From assembly GCA_041548485.1 (NCBI GenBank), contig JBFESP010000001.1, positions 72,835 through 136,834 on the forward strand: DNA of 64,000 nt, given 5' to 3'. The notes beneath the pieces are model-generated. The model made no database searches. It was not told where the DNA came from and saw only the letters and a list, made by a program, of their open reading frames with translations. The stretch's first letter is position 1; every line of letters begins with the position of its first letter. Made by a program: the position numbers and the translations under genes. This DNA comes from Thermoplasmata archaeon (lineage in GTDB: Archaea > Thermoplasmatota > Thermoplasmata > UBA10834). Below, one piece after another: positions 55,830 to 64,000 of this stretch.

Positions 55830-58800
55830 ATGCACCTAAAGGAGATCGAGCTTGAGAACTTCAAGTCATTTGCCAGAAAGACGAAGATACCCCTGCTGGA
55901 GGGATACACCGCGGTCACGGGCCCGAACGGGGCGGGCAAGTCGAACATTGCCGATGCCATACTCTTCGTCCTCGGACCGAAGAGCTCGAGGGTGATACGA
56001 GCGGGGAGGCTCACTGACCTGATCTTCAATGGGGGGAAGGAGAAGAGACCTGCGAGGGAGTGCAAGGTCAGCCTCCACTTCGACAACTCCGATAGGCTCA
56101 TCCCGATCGATTCCGACGTTGTCAAGCTCACAAGGCTCGTAAGGCTCTCGGACGCCGCGGAGGGATACTACTCGTACTTCTACGTCAACGAACGGAAGTC
56201 TTCCCTCGGCGAGTTCGACAGCCTCCTAGCCAACGCTCGCATCAGCGCGGATGGATACAACTTCGTCCAGCAGGGGGACATCACGAGGATCGTCGAGATG
56301 ACCAACCTGGAGAGGCGGAGGATTCTCGACGGCATCGCGGGCATAACGAAGTTCGATGAGGACATCCAGTCGGCCGAGAGGGAGCGTTCGAGCGCAGAGG
56401 AGAACATCAACAGGCTATCCATAATCCGAGATGAGGTCAAGAAGCAGATGAAGCAGCTTGAGAACGACCGCGAGGGCGCGCTGAAATACAAGGACCTCCA
56501 CGACACGCTCTCGACGGCGAAGGCGTCCCTCGCTGTGAAGAAGCTGGAAGGGATAGAACGGGAGATGGCATCGTACAAGGGGCAGGTCACGACATACACT
56601 CAGGAGAACGCAAAGGCCGAGGAGAGGGAGAAGGAACTCCAGAAGACGCTCGAGGAGGCCTCCACGGAGCTGATGGACGTGGAGAACGAGATCGACGAGA
56701 GAGGCGGCGAGGAGGCCAGAGAAATGAAGGAGAAGATCGACAGCCTGCGGATCGAAATCGCGCGCGCGAAGGACGCGTGCACTAGCTCCGTGGACATGGT
56801 CGAATCGCTCAAGGAGACACGCAAGGCACACGTCGAGGACCTCAAGGCGGTGAGGGAGGATCTCACCTCCCTCGAACAGCGGTTGGAGCCTCTCAAGAAG
56901 GAGTATGAGGAGAAGACCAAGATGCTCGCCGAATGCAGAGGCGAGCTGGAGGGGCATCAGGATGAGCTCTCCAAATCTGACACCGAGCTGAACGCCCTTC
57001 AGAAGGAAGTCCTCGAACTGGGGGTGGACATCGGATCCAAGGAGGAGAAGATCCACGCCCTTAGACTCGAGGAGGACAGGCTGAACGAGCGACTCTCCCG
57101 GGCCAAGATGGACATAGCCAACTTGGAGGAGACGAAGAAGACCTACGAGTTCGAGCTGAAGGATTCAGAGTGGTCGATCAAGGAGCTGAAGAGCGAGACC
57201 AAGACCTCCTCGATGGGACTGAAGAAGGCACAGGAGGAGTACTACGCGCAGAGAAACAGGGAGAAGAAGCTCCTCGGGCAGGCGCAGGATCTCGAGAACG
57301 CGGTGAAATCGCTCACTAGGGAGTACAACCAGCTCAAGGCGGAGGCGGAGGCTGCCGACATGGTCCGGAAGGGCTACAACTCCGCCACAATGTCGCTCCT
57401 GGAGGCGCGCGACAAGGGTCAGATGAAGGGCATACACGGCACAGTGGCCGAGCTGGCGGACGTGCATGACGATTACGGGACGGCGCTCAACGTCGCTGCG
57501 GGGAACCGGATGCAATCGATAGTGGTTGACACGGACCAGGTCGCCTCGGATTGCATAAACTACCTCAAGAAGAACAAACTCGGAAGAGCCACATTCCTTC
57601 CACTCAACAAGATGCTGGACGGAAGGCCGCGCGGGAAGGCGACGATGGCATCCAAGAGCTCGCTCGGGTTCGCCATAGACCTCATCAGGTTCGACGAGAA
57701 GTATCGAGCGGCGTTCTGGTTCGTCTTCGGGGACACCGTCGTCGTCAAGAACCTGACGGAGGCGCGGAAGCTGATGGGAGGCGTGAGGATCGTCACGCTC
57801 GATGGAGAGTTGGCGGAGGCCAGCGGCGCGATGGTCGGTGGGACGCTCAACTCCAAGCTCGTGAAGTTCGGCGCACCATCCGAGAGCAGGATAGAGAAGA
57901 AGGCCACCGAACTCCGAGAGGCGACCGAGCAATCTGAGAGGGTTCAGGCCGAGCTGGCAGAGCTTCGCTCGACCCTGCCGGACCTGGAGGGCAGGATCAG
58001 GGACTCGACCACGAAGGACAGTGGAGAGAGCGTAAGGATGAGCTCGCTCGAAGTCAAGAGGAAGGAGTTCCAGCAGAAGCTCGACTCCGTCGAGAAGGAG
58101 ATAGGGACCAAGAACAAGGAACTCTCCGATTGCCTCGACCTCATCGAGAGGATCAAGCAGGACATAGCGCGCCTCCAGGAGGAGCTGGAGAAGGTGCGCG
58201 ATACCAAGAACGCGAAGGACAGCAAGCTCATGGAGGTCACGCCCAAGGAGCTATCGCAGAGGCTCAAGCAGGTCGAGAAGCAGATTCTGGAACTCTCGAA
58301 CGAAACCGCGCACCTCAACTCGGACGTTCAGACACTGACGAAGCAGATCGAGCTGGTCGGCGCCAGAGGCAGGGAGATAGAGGAATCCGTCGAGGGAGTC
58401 GACAGCCGTGTGAAGGAGCTCAAAGCCAAGGGCAAGGAGAGTGCGAAAGACCATGTGAAGTACGAAACCGAGCTCAAAGCCCTGCTTGGCATTGAACGCT
58501 CCATGGGTGACAAGCTCAACACTCTGAGGAGCAAGAGAGACACCCTTTACAGGAAGAAGACAGAGACCGAAGCCTCGATAGAGAAGACCCAGACCAAGAT
58601 CCAGACGAACGGCGATTTCATCCTCAGCCTGCAGACGAAGCTCGGCGAGACCGAGGGGAGGTTGAAAGAGGCAGAGGTGGATGTCGCACAGTATTCATCC
58701 ACGAAACTACCTGAGTCGTTGCCTCCGACGGACGAGATTAGGAGGACTGTGGCTGAGTGCGAGAGACGCATGACATCACTCGGGGCGGTCAACCTCAAGG

Positions 58801-59438
58801 CGATCGACGAGTACGAGGACAAGAAATCGAGATTCGACGAGATCAAGACAGAGGTCGCCCAGCTGACGAAGCAGAAGACCAACCTCATCAAGCTGGTCGA
58901 CGAGATCAACACCAAGAAGAAGATAGGGTTCCAGAGGATATTCGTGGGGATAAGCGACAACTTCAAGAAGATCTTCGCTGAACTCTCCGGGGGTGGGGAG
59001 GCGGAACTACTCCTGGAGAACGAGGAGGACCCATTGTCTGGTGGACTGATAATCAAGGCACGGCCCAAGGACAAGAAGTTCGTCAGGATGGAGGCGCTCT
59101 CCGGAGGAGAGAAGAGCATGACGGCCCTCTCGTTCATATTCGCCATACAGGTGTACGAGCCGTCGCCGTTCTACCTCCTCGACGAGGTCGACATGTTCCT
59201 CGACGGGGTGAACGCAGAGCACGTGTCGAAGGCAGTGAGGAGGAGCTCGAGGAACGCGCAGTTCATCCAGATATCCCTTAGGAAGGTGACATTGAACGAG
59301 GCGGACCACATCATCGGGGTGACGATGCAGCGAGAGGGCGTCTCGGATGTGATCATGAAGCCGAACGTCGGCGCGGAGGTCGACATAGAGCAAACCCCGG
59401 AGGGACATGTGCCCGGGGAACCGCAGGAGGCTGCGTAA
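55830..59438 (+). CDS. smc: Chromosome segregation protein SMC
   Basis: 1202 aa. N-terminal Walker A GPNGAGKSN, long coiled coils, hinge, C-terminal LSGGEKS signature and Walker B LLDEVD. Confidence 0.9.
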   Translation: MHLKEIELENFKSFARKTKIPLLEGYTAVTGPNGAGKSNIADAILFVLGPKSSRVIRAGRLTDLIFNGGKEKRPARECKVSLHFDNSDRLIPIDSDVVKLTRLVRLSDAAEGYYSYFYVNERKSSLGEFDSLLANARISADGYNFVQQGDITRIVEMTNLERRRILDGIAGITKFDEDIQSAERERSSAEENINRLSIIRDEVKKQMKQLENDREGALKYKDLHDTLSTAKASLAVKKLEGIEREMASYKGQVTTYTQENAKAEEREKELQKTLEEASTELMDVENEIDERGGEEAREMKEKIDSLRIEIARAKDACTSSVDMVESLKETRKAHVEDLKAVREDLTSLEQRLEPLKKEYEEKTKMLAECRGELEGHQDELSKSDTELNALQKEVLELGVDIGSKEEKIHALRLEEDRLNERLSRAKMDIANLEETKKTYEFELKDSEWSIKELKSETKTSSMGLKKAQEEYYAQRNREKKLLGQAQDLENAVKSLTREYNQLKAEAEAADMVRKGYNSATMSLLEARDKGQMKGIHGTVAELADVHDDYGTALNVAAGNRMQSIVVDTDQVASDCINYLKKNKLGRATFLPLNKMLDGRPRGKATMASKSSLGFAIDLIRFDEKYRAAFWFVFGDTVVVKNLTEARKLMGGVRIVTLDGELAEASGAMVGGTLNSKLVKFGAPSESRIEKKATELREATEQSERVQAELAELRSTLPDLEGRIRDSTTKDSGESVRMSSLEVKRKEFQQKLDSVEKEIGTKNKELSDCLDLIERIKQDIARLQEELEKVRDTKNAKDSKLMEVTPKELSQRLKQVEKQILELSNETAHLNSDVQTLTKQIELVGARGREIEESVEGVDSRVKELKAKGKESAKDHVKYETELKALLGIERSMGDKLNTLRSKRDTLYRKKTETEASIEKTQTKIQTNGDFILSLQTKLGETEGRLKEAEVDVAQYSSTKLPESLPPTDEIRRTVAECERRMTSLGAVNLKAIDEYEDKKSRFDEIKTEVAQLTKQKTNLIKLVDEINTKKKIGFQRIFVGISDNFKKIFAELSGGGEAELLLENEEDPLSGGLIIKARPKDKKFVRMEALSGGEKSMTALSFIFAIQVYEPSPFYLLDEVDMFLDGVNAEHVSKAVRRSSRNAQFIQISLRKVTLNEADHIIGVTMQREGVSDVIMKPNVGAEVDIEQTPEGHVPGEPQEAA

Positions 59439-59440
59439 CC

Positions 59441-60367
59441 ATGAGGACCACGGAGACGGACTTCGGAAACGTCATCAACCACCTGATGTACCAGAAAGCG
59501 ATAATCGACGACGACGAGGACGTGCAGACCAAGATCGGCAGATACGTCAGGATCGCCGAGGAGATGCAGACCGGCGCGCTCGTACCGTCTGACGACCCGT
59601 TCGAGAGATGCGTGGCGCAGACTTTCGAGCTGGTCGTCCAGCAGCAGTTCAACCCCTGGGACATCAACCTAATTGAGTTCTCGAAGATGTATCTGGCGAA
59701 GGTCAGGAAGGCGTCGGAGGTCAACCTGATCGTCGCAGGGAAGATCGTGTACATGGCATGGGAGATCCTCAAGCTTCAGAGCGTGGACGCTGTGAGGAGG
59801 GCCGGAAGGCCGGAGACGTGCGAGCTGGTGTTCGATGGTTTCGACACGGAGGGATTCGACCTCTTCGCCGACCCGTTCGACCTCAGCGGAGGGGAGGCCC
59901 TCCTCTACACGGAGGAGTTGCCGATCAGGGAGAAGATACGGAGGAGTTCTGAGCGGCCTGTGACCCTGATAGACCTCCTTGATGCGTTCGAGGAGGCGAA
60001 GGAGGAGTCGGACATAAGGACGGAGCTGGCCAAGTTCATGCAGAAGTACCGACGGCCGGACTTCGACGATAAGTCACACAAGGAGTGCCTCGAGGACGAC
60101 ATAGCGGCCATCTGGGAGCGCGTACAGGTGTTCGGGAGCGGCCCGGTTCCTATGGCGGACCTCTGCATCAATGGCAGAGAGGACAGGATCAAGGTGTTCG
60201 TCGCGATGCTGTTCCTTGCGAAGATGGGCAAGGTGCACGTATGGCAGGAGAAGCCTCCGTACGGCGAGATCTTCCTTGAGGTCATGGTCCCGTGGGACAT
60301 CGCCCAACTCGAGGACGCACCGACCATCCAGAACGTCGAGGTAGAGAAGGTACCGGTGGTCAAGTGA
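59441..60367 (+). CDS. scpA: Segregation and condensation protein A (kleisin)
   Basis: 308 aa, located directly after smc. ScpA-like N- and C-terminal winged-helix regions. Confidence 0.8.
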   Translation: MRTTETDFGNVINHLMYQKAIIDDDEDVQTKIGRYVRIAEEMQTGALVPSDDPFERCVAQTFELVVQQQFNPWDINLIEFSKMYLAKVRKASEVNLIVAGKIVYMAWEILKLQSVDAVRRAGRPETCELVFDGFDTEGFDLFADPFDLSGGEALLYTEELPIREKIRRSSERPVTLIDLLDAFEEAKEESDIRTELAKFMQKYRRPDFDDKSHKECLEDDIAAIWERVQVFGSGPVPMADLCINGREDRIKVFVAMLFLAKMGKVHVWQEKPPYGEIFLEVMVPWDIAQLEDAPTIQNVEVEKVPVVK

Positions 60368-60879
60368 AGAGCGAGAGAGTCGTTGAGGCCGCGCTCTTCT
60401 CTGCGGCGGAGCCGGTGACGGTCTCCGACCTGAGACTCGCATCGGAGTTGGATGTGAGGACGATACGGTCGGCTTTGAAGAACCTCATGGAAGAGTACAA
60501 CTCCTCGGATCGCGCGATCGAGATCGCGAAGATGGGCCCCAGGTATGCGATGCAGGTGAAAGGGGAGTACTCATCGCCCGCCGCGAAGCTGGCCGCGCTG
60601 AAGATACCGAAGGACTTGCTGAAGACTGCGTCGCTGATCGCCTACTACCAGCCGGTCCTGCAGAGCAAGCTCGCAGACCTCCTCGGGGGCAAGATATACA
60701 CGCACGTCCGCACCCTCGAGGAGCTCGGACTCATCAGGAAGAGACCGAAGAAGAACAGCATCGAGCTCACGACCACGAAGAAATTCATCGAGACCTTCGG
60801 AATAGACGCCCGTTCGAGGGGTGAAGTCAAGGCTTGGATAGAGGGAGAGCTGTCCAGGAAGAACGGCAGGAAGCAGTAG
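60364..60879 (+). CDS. scpB: Segregation and condensation protein B, with a GTG start overlapping the scpA stop
   Basis: ERVVEAALFSAAEPVTVSDL... is a ScpB N-terminus; two wHTH domains. Confidence 0.75.
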   Translation: MKSERVVEAALFSAAEPVTVSDLRLASELDVRTIRSALKNLMEEYNSSDRAIEIAKMGPRYAMQVKGEYSSPAAKLAALKIPKDLLKTASLIAYYQPVLQSKLADLLGGKIYTHVRTLEELGLIRKRPKKNSIELTTTKKFIETFGIDARSRGEVKAWIEGELSRKNGRKQ

Positions 60880-60953
60880 ATTCCCGGCTCTCGACGTGGA
60901 ACCCAGAGAAGAAAGCTTTAAGACGACACTCAGCATTGACGAGGGTGATATCA

Positions 60954-61169
60954 ATGGTCATGCCTCTCAGTTTGCTTGAGAAATCTATGAACAAGAAGGT
61001 CTCGTTGCTATTAAAGGACAGCAGAATGCTTGAAGGGACGCTCACGGGATTCGACGATTATCTGAACATGGTTCTTGAGGACACCGAGGAGACGAACGGA
61101 GATCAGGTGAAGAGGCTCGGTATCGTCATACTCCGAGGGAATAACGTCGTGAGCATCTCGCCTCAGTGA
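60954..61169 (+). CDS. Sm-like archaeal protein (SmAP/LSm)
   Basis: 71 aa. Sm1 and Sm2 motifs (KVSLLLKDSRMLEGTLTGFDDYLNMVL...LGIVILRGNNVVSI). Confidence 0.8.
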   Translation: MVMPLSLLEKSMNKKVSLLLKDSRMLEGTLTGFDDYLNMVLEDTEETNGDQVKRLGIVILRGNNVVSISPQ

Positions 61170-61227
61170 TTCTACCTGGCAAGCCAATCAGATGCTTTTT
61201 ATGGCCTTTAGCCATATCAGGCCACCG

Positions 61228-62208
61228 ATGAAGGCTGTGCTCCTGGTAGGTGGAATGGGCACGCGCCTCAGACCTCTCACGTACAGGGTGCCTAAACCAC
61301 TGGTCCCGGTCATGGGTAAGCCGCTCATGATGCACGTGATAGACTCGCTCCCCGACGATGTTGACGAGACCATCGTCCCGGTTGGCTACAAACGGGACGT
61401 TATGGAAGACTACCTGAAGAGGAACCCTCCGCGGAGGAAGATAACCATCGTGGAGGAGAAGGAGCCGATGGGGACGGGAGGCGCCGTGAAGAACGTGGAG
61501 GACTACATAGACGGCCCATTCCTTGTCATCAACGGAGACAGCATCTCGTCGTTAGACATGAGCAGGTTCATCGGATATCATAGGGAGAAGAGGGCGTTTG
61601 CGACCATCTCGCTATGGGAGGTGGATGATCCCACGCCATTCGGCGTGGTCGACATCGATGCAGGCGGCCAGATACACAGGTTCCAGGAGAAACCGAACAG
61701 GACAGAGGCATTCTCTCGGCTCATCAACGCTGGTGCTTACGCGCTGGAGCACGAGGTCCTTGACTACATCGGGAAGGGGTTCGTCTCCATGGAGAGGGAG
61801 GTGTTCCCTCGGATAATCGAAAAGGGCATGTACGGACTCAGATTCGATGGATACTGGGTCGATTGCGGGACGAAGGATAACCTCCTAAACGCGTTCTGGA
61901 CACTCATGCGCGGTAGGTTACATGAGAATGTCGGGAACGGGTCACATGAATCCGGCATCGCACCCCCCGCAGTCGTCGAAGACGGCGCGGTCGTTACAGA
62001 TGCCGTCATCGGACCTTATGCATACGTCTCAGAAGGCACGATTGTAGGGCCATCGACGAAGGTCGAGAGTTCGGTGATCTTTCGCGGTGCCAGGATCGGG
62101 AGGGGGTGCACGATCAGAAACTCCATCATCGACGTCGACGTCGTTGTACCTGACGACACAGTCGTGAGCGACGCAATCGTCAGTGATGCCGTTTCCCCGG
62201 CTGAATGA
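61228..62208 (+). CDS. Sugar-1-phosphate nucleotidyltransferase with a C-terminal left-handed beta-helix domain (mannose-1-P guanylyltransferase / glucose-1-P thymidylyltransferase-like)
   Basis: MKAVLLVGGMGTRLRPLT signature. C-terminal hexapeptide repeats. Confidence 0.75.
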   Translation: MKAVLLVGGMGTRLRPLTYRVPKPLVPVMGKPLMMHVIDSLPDDVDETIVPVGYKRDVMEDYLKRNPPRRKITIVEEKEPMGTGGAVKNVEDYIDGPFLVINGDSISSLDMSRFIGYHREKRAFATISLWEVDDPTPFGVVDIDAGGQIHRFQEKPNRTEAFSRLINAGAYALEHEVLDYIGKGFVSMEREVFPRIIEKGMYGLRFDGYWVDCGTKDNLLNAFWTLMRGRLHENVGNGSHESGIAPPAVVEDGAVVTDAVIGPYAYVSEGTIVGPSTKVESSVIFRGARIGRGCTIRNSIIDVDVVVPDDTVVSDAIVSDAVSPAE

Positions 62209-62240
62209 CGCTCCCTCCGCGCCGCTATCGCAGAGTATCA

Positions 62241-63260
62241 TCACAGCGCGTTCAATATTAGGAAGAGTGCCCCGGCTATCGACGCCGACGCGGGAATGGT
62301 GAGAATCCAGGCGATCATTATCTTACGACCGACTCCCCACCTCACTGCGGAGAGTCTCTTGGTCGAACCCACACCCATGATCGCCCCCGACACCGTGTGT
62401 GTCGTACTCACAGGAATCCCGAAATGAGTCGCGACAGCTATCATCGTCGCGGCGCCTGTCTCTGCGCAGAACCCCTGGTATGGCTGCAGTTGAGTCACAC
62501 GTGCGGCCATCGTCTTGACTATCCTCCATCCTCCGAAGAAGGTGCCCATCGCTATCATCGCGCCGCACGACACGATGATCCATGAATCAGGCTCGAACGT
62601 CCCCGTGACGAGAAGTCCAGCTTCGAGCATCATCACGGTCGTGATAATGCCCATGCCCTTCTGGGCATCGTTCGAACCATGCATCATGGACAGGAAGGCC
62701 ATCGAACCTATCTGCAGTTTCCTGAACCACCAGTTCACCTTTATCCTTGTAGCCTTCCTCCCAGCCCGCATCGTCATCGCAGTCAACAAGAAACCGATTG
62801 CGAGCCCCACGACCGGAGAAATGACGATGAAGATGATCGTCAACAGCGTTCCACTCCAGACAATCGCACCGAGGAACCATACGGCTCCTCCCGCCCCGAT
62901 CAGGCCACCGATAAGTGCATGGCTGCTCGAAGTAGGTATCCCGAGCCACCAAGTTATCAGGTCCCAGATTATGGCTCCCATCACGGCACAGAATATCAGC
63001 AGGATGCCGTACTCCTCCACCAGGGCACTGTCGATGATCCCCTTGCCTACGGTCTTAGCGACTGCCGTGCCGAATAAGAATATCCCGACGAAATTGAAGA
63101 TGGCTGCGAGTCCCACGGCCCATACAGGGGAGAGCACCCTGGTTGCCACGATTGTCGCTACCGAGTTCGCGGAGTCGTGAAAACCGTTCACGAACTCGAA
63201 CGCGAGGGTAAGGGCGATGGTCGTCACGCCGAGGAGAGACAGTCCTAAGAGATCCATCAC
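62241..63260 (-). CDS. pit: Inorganic phosphate transporter, PiT (PHO4) family
   Basis: 339 aa. The duplicated GxNDxxN motifs (GFHDSAN, HGSNDAQ) are typical of PiT. Confidence 0.85.
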   Translation of the reverse strand: MMDLLGLSLLGVTTIALTLAFEFVNGFHDSANSVATIVATRVLSPVWAVGLAAIFNFVGIFLFGTAVAKTVGKGIIDSALVEEYGILLIFCAVMGAIIWDLITWWLGIPTSSSHALIGGLIGAGGAVWFLGAIVWSGTLLTIIFIVISPVVGLAIGFLLTAMTMRAGRKATRIKVNWWFRKLQIGSMAFLSMMHGSNDAQKGMGIITTVMMLEAGLLVTGTFEPDSWIIVSCGAMIAMGTFFGGWRIVKTMAARVTQLQPYQGFCAETGAATMIAVATHFGIPVSTTHTVSGAIMGVGSTKRLSAVRWGVGRKIMIAWILTIPASASIAGALFLILNAL

Positions 63261-63267
63261 GGCCCAC

Positions 63268-63897
63268 CTACGAGTGTTTGATGAAGATATCTTTGATTAC
63301 ATCTGCGGCGTCTTCGCACTTATCCGTTGCCTGTTCCAGGTGTTCGTAGATCTCCTTGAGCTTGATTATGTCCATCACATCGCTCGTTTTGAATAATCCC
63401 GCCACAGCCTGGTGGGTGATCTCATCTCCGATGTTCTCAAGACGGTTGATCTCTATGCAATGATTGACGATTTCGTTCTTCCTCTTGAAGTTCCTAAGAT
63501 CCTTGACCGCATGATTGACCTCCTTCGTCGCTATGAGCAAGACCTCGACCATCCGTATCATGTCTGGTGGAATCCGCTTTATCTCGTAGGACCACATCCT
63601 ATGCGACGCGGACTCCATGTAATCCAGGATGTCATCCAACCTCGACGCAAGCTTCGACATGTCGTCGTGGTCTATGGGAGTCACGAAAGTCTTGTTCAAC
63701 GCTTCGGAGATATCGTGCACGGCGTCATCCCCCTTGTCCTCGATCGTCTTCATCTTGTCGCGCTTCTCGGCTACGTGGTCGAAGTTCTTCACAAGGTCGA
63801 GAAGGGTCTCAGCACCCTCAAGGACGATGTCGGCCTGCTGTTCGAGCATCTCGAAGAAATGCTTCTCCTGAGGAATAATCCATTCCTTGAACCCCAT
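63268..63897 (-). CDS. DUF47/PhoU-like phosphate transport regulator, partner of pit
   Basis: 209 aa, helical, lying upstream of pit in the conserved arrangement. Confidence 0.75.
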   Translation of the reverse strand: MGFKEWIIPQEKHFFEMLEQQADIVLEGAETLLDLVKNFDHVAEKRDKMKTIEDKGDDAVHDISEALNKTFVTPIDHDDMSKLASRLDDILDYMESASHRMWSYEIKRIPPDMIRMVEVLLIATKEVNHAVKDLRNFKRKNEIVNHCIEINRLENIGDEITHQAVAGLFKTSDVMDIIKLKEIYEHLEQATDKCEDAADVIKDIFIKHS

Positions 63898-64000
63898 CGT
63901 TTGTCCCCTTGGTGACGGCGAATGCTACATGTGGTCTTAACCCTTGCGGGCCCCGACTGGCTTCCGGACGGGTGCATACTGCGCCTGGCGGAAGCTCAAC

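Noticed and set aside
1-64000. CRISPR arrays, rRNA genes and tRNA genes
   Set aside because: No regularly spaced direct repeats were found. No rRNA-like conserved blocks were found. No convincing cloverleaf or T-loop (GGTTCGAATCC-type) contexts were found in any intergenic region.

Overview
This is a gene-dense archaeal window of about 60% GC. It carries archaeal-type L7Ae, S28e, L24e, S6e, aIF2-gamma, aIF5B, an Sm-like protein, a CDP-archaeol synthase, an XPD helicase and a CTP-type riboflavin kinase fused to an HTH (RbkR-like). This gene content looks Thermoplasmata-like, but that placement is only an inference. Roughly 60 protein genes lie on both strands, often in tightly coupled operons. 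From left to right the window contains: glycine cleavage P-protein subunits (gcvPA partial, gcvPB); thymidylate kinase; the CoA genes coaBC and a pantoate-kinase-like GHMP kinase, separated by a lower-GC insertion carrying a stand-alone TnpB (IS200/IS605 family); a HerA-like DUF87 ATPase with a small DUF357-like partner; PRPP synthase; ProRS; a minus-strand ferredoxin-AOR-ferredoxin-aminotransferase cluster; TrmI; purS-purL-purQ; RbkR-like riboflavin kinase; the conserved translation cluster L7Ae-S28e-L24e-ndk-aIF5B-S6e-aIF2gamma-PIN; a RACo-like 2Fe-2S/ASKHA activator; saccharopine-dehydrogenase-like protein; MFS transporter; PEP synthase; GT4; M20 peptidase; EamA transporter; an orphan GAF/PAS histidine kinase; gamma-carbonic anhydrase; a ~410-bp ORF-free locus with promoter and oligo-T terminator that probably encodes a structured RNA (candidate RNase P RNA); MTH1187-like protein; XPD helicase; CarS; OPRTase-like protein; family-4 UDG; a membrane-anchored C11 (clostripain-like) protease; a glycan-biosynthesis island (two GT2, WbpA/B/D/E-like enzymes for a UDP-2,3-diacetamido-glucuronate-type sugar, GalU, GT4); smc-scpA-scpB; Sm-like protein; a sugar-1-P nucleotidyltransferase; and a PiT phosphate transporter with its DUF47/PhoU-like partner. 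No rRNA, tRNA or CRISPR array was found. The most notable items are the TnpB element with a predicted overlapping omega RNA, the candidate structured ncRNA at 40.7-41.0 kb, and the orphan HerA-like two-gene module.
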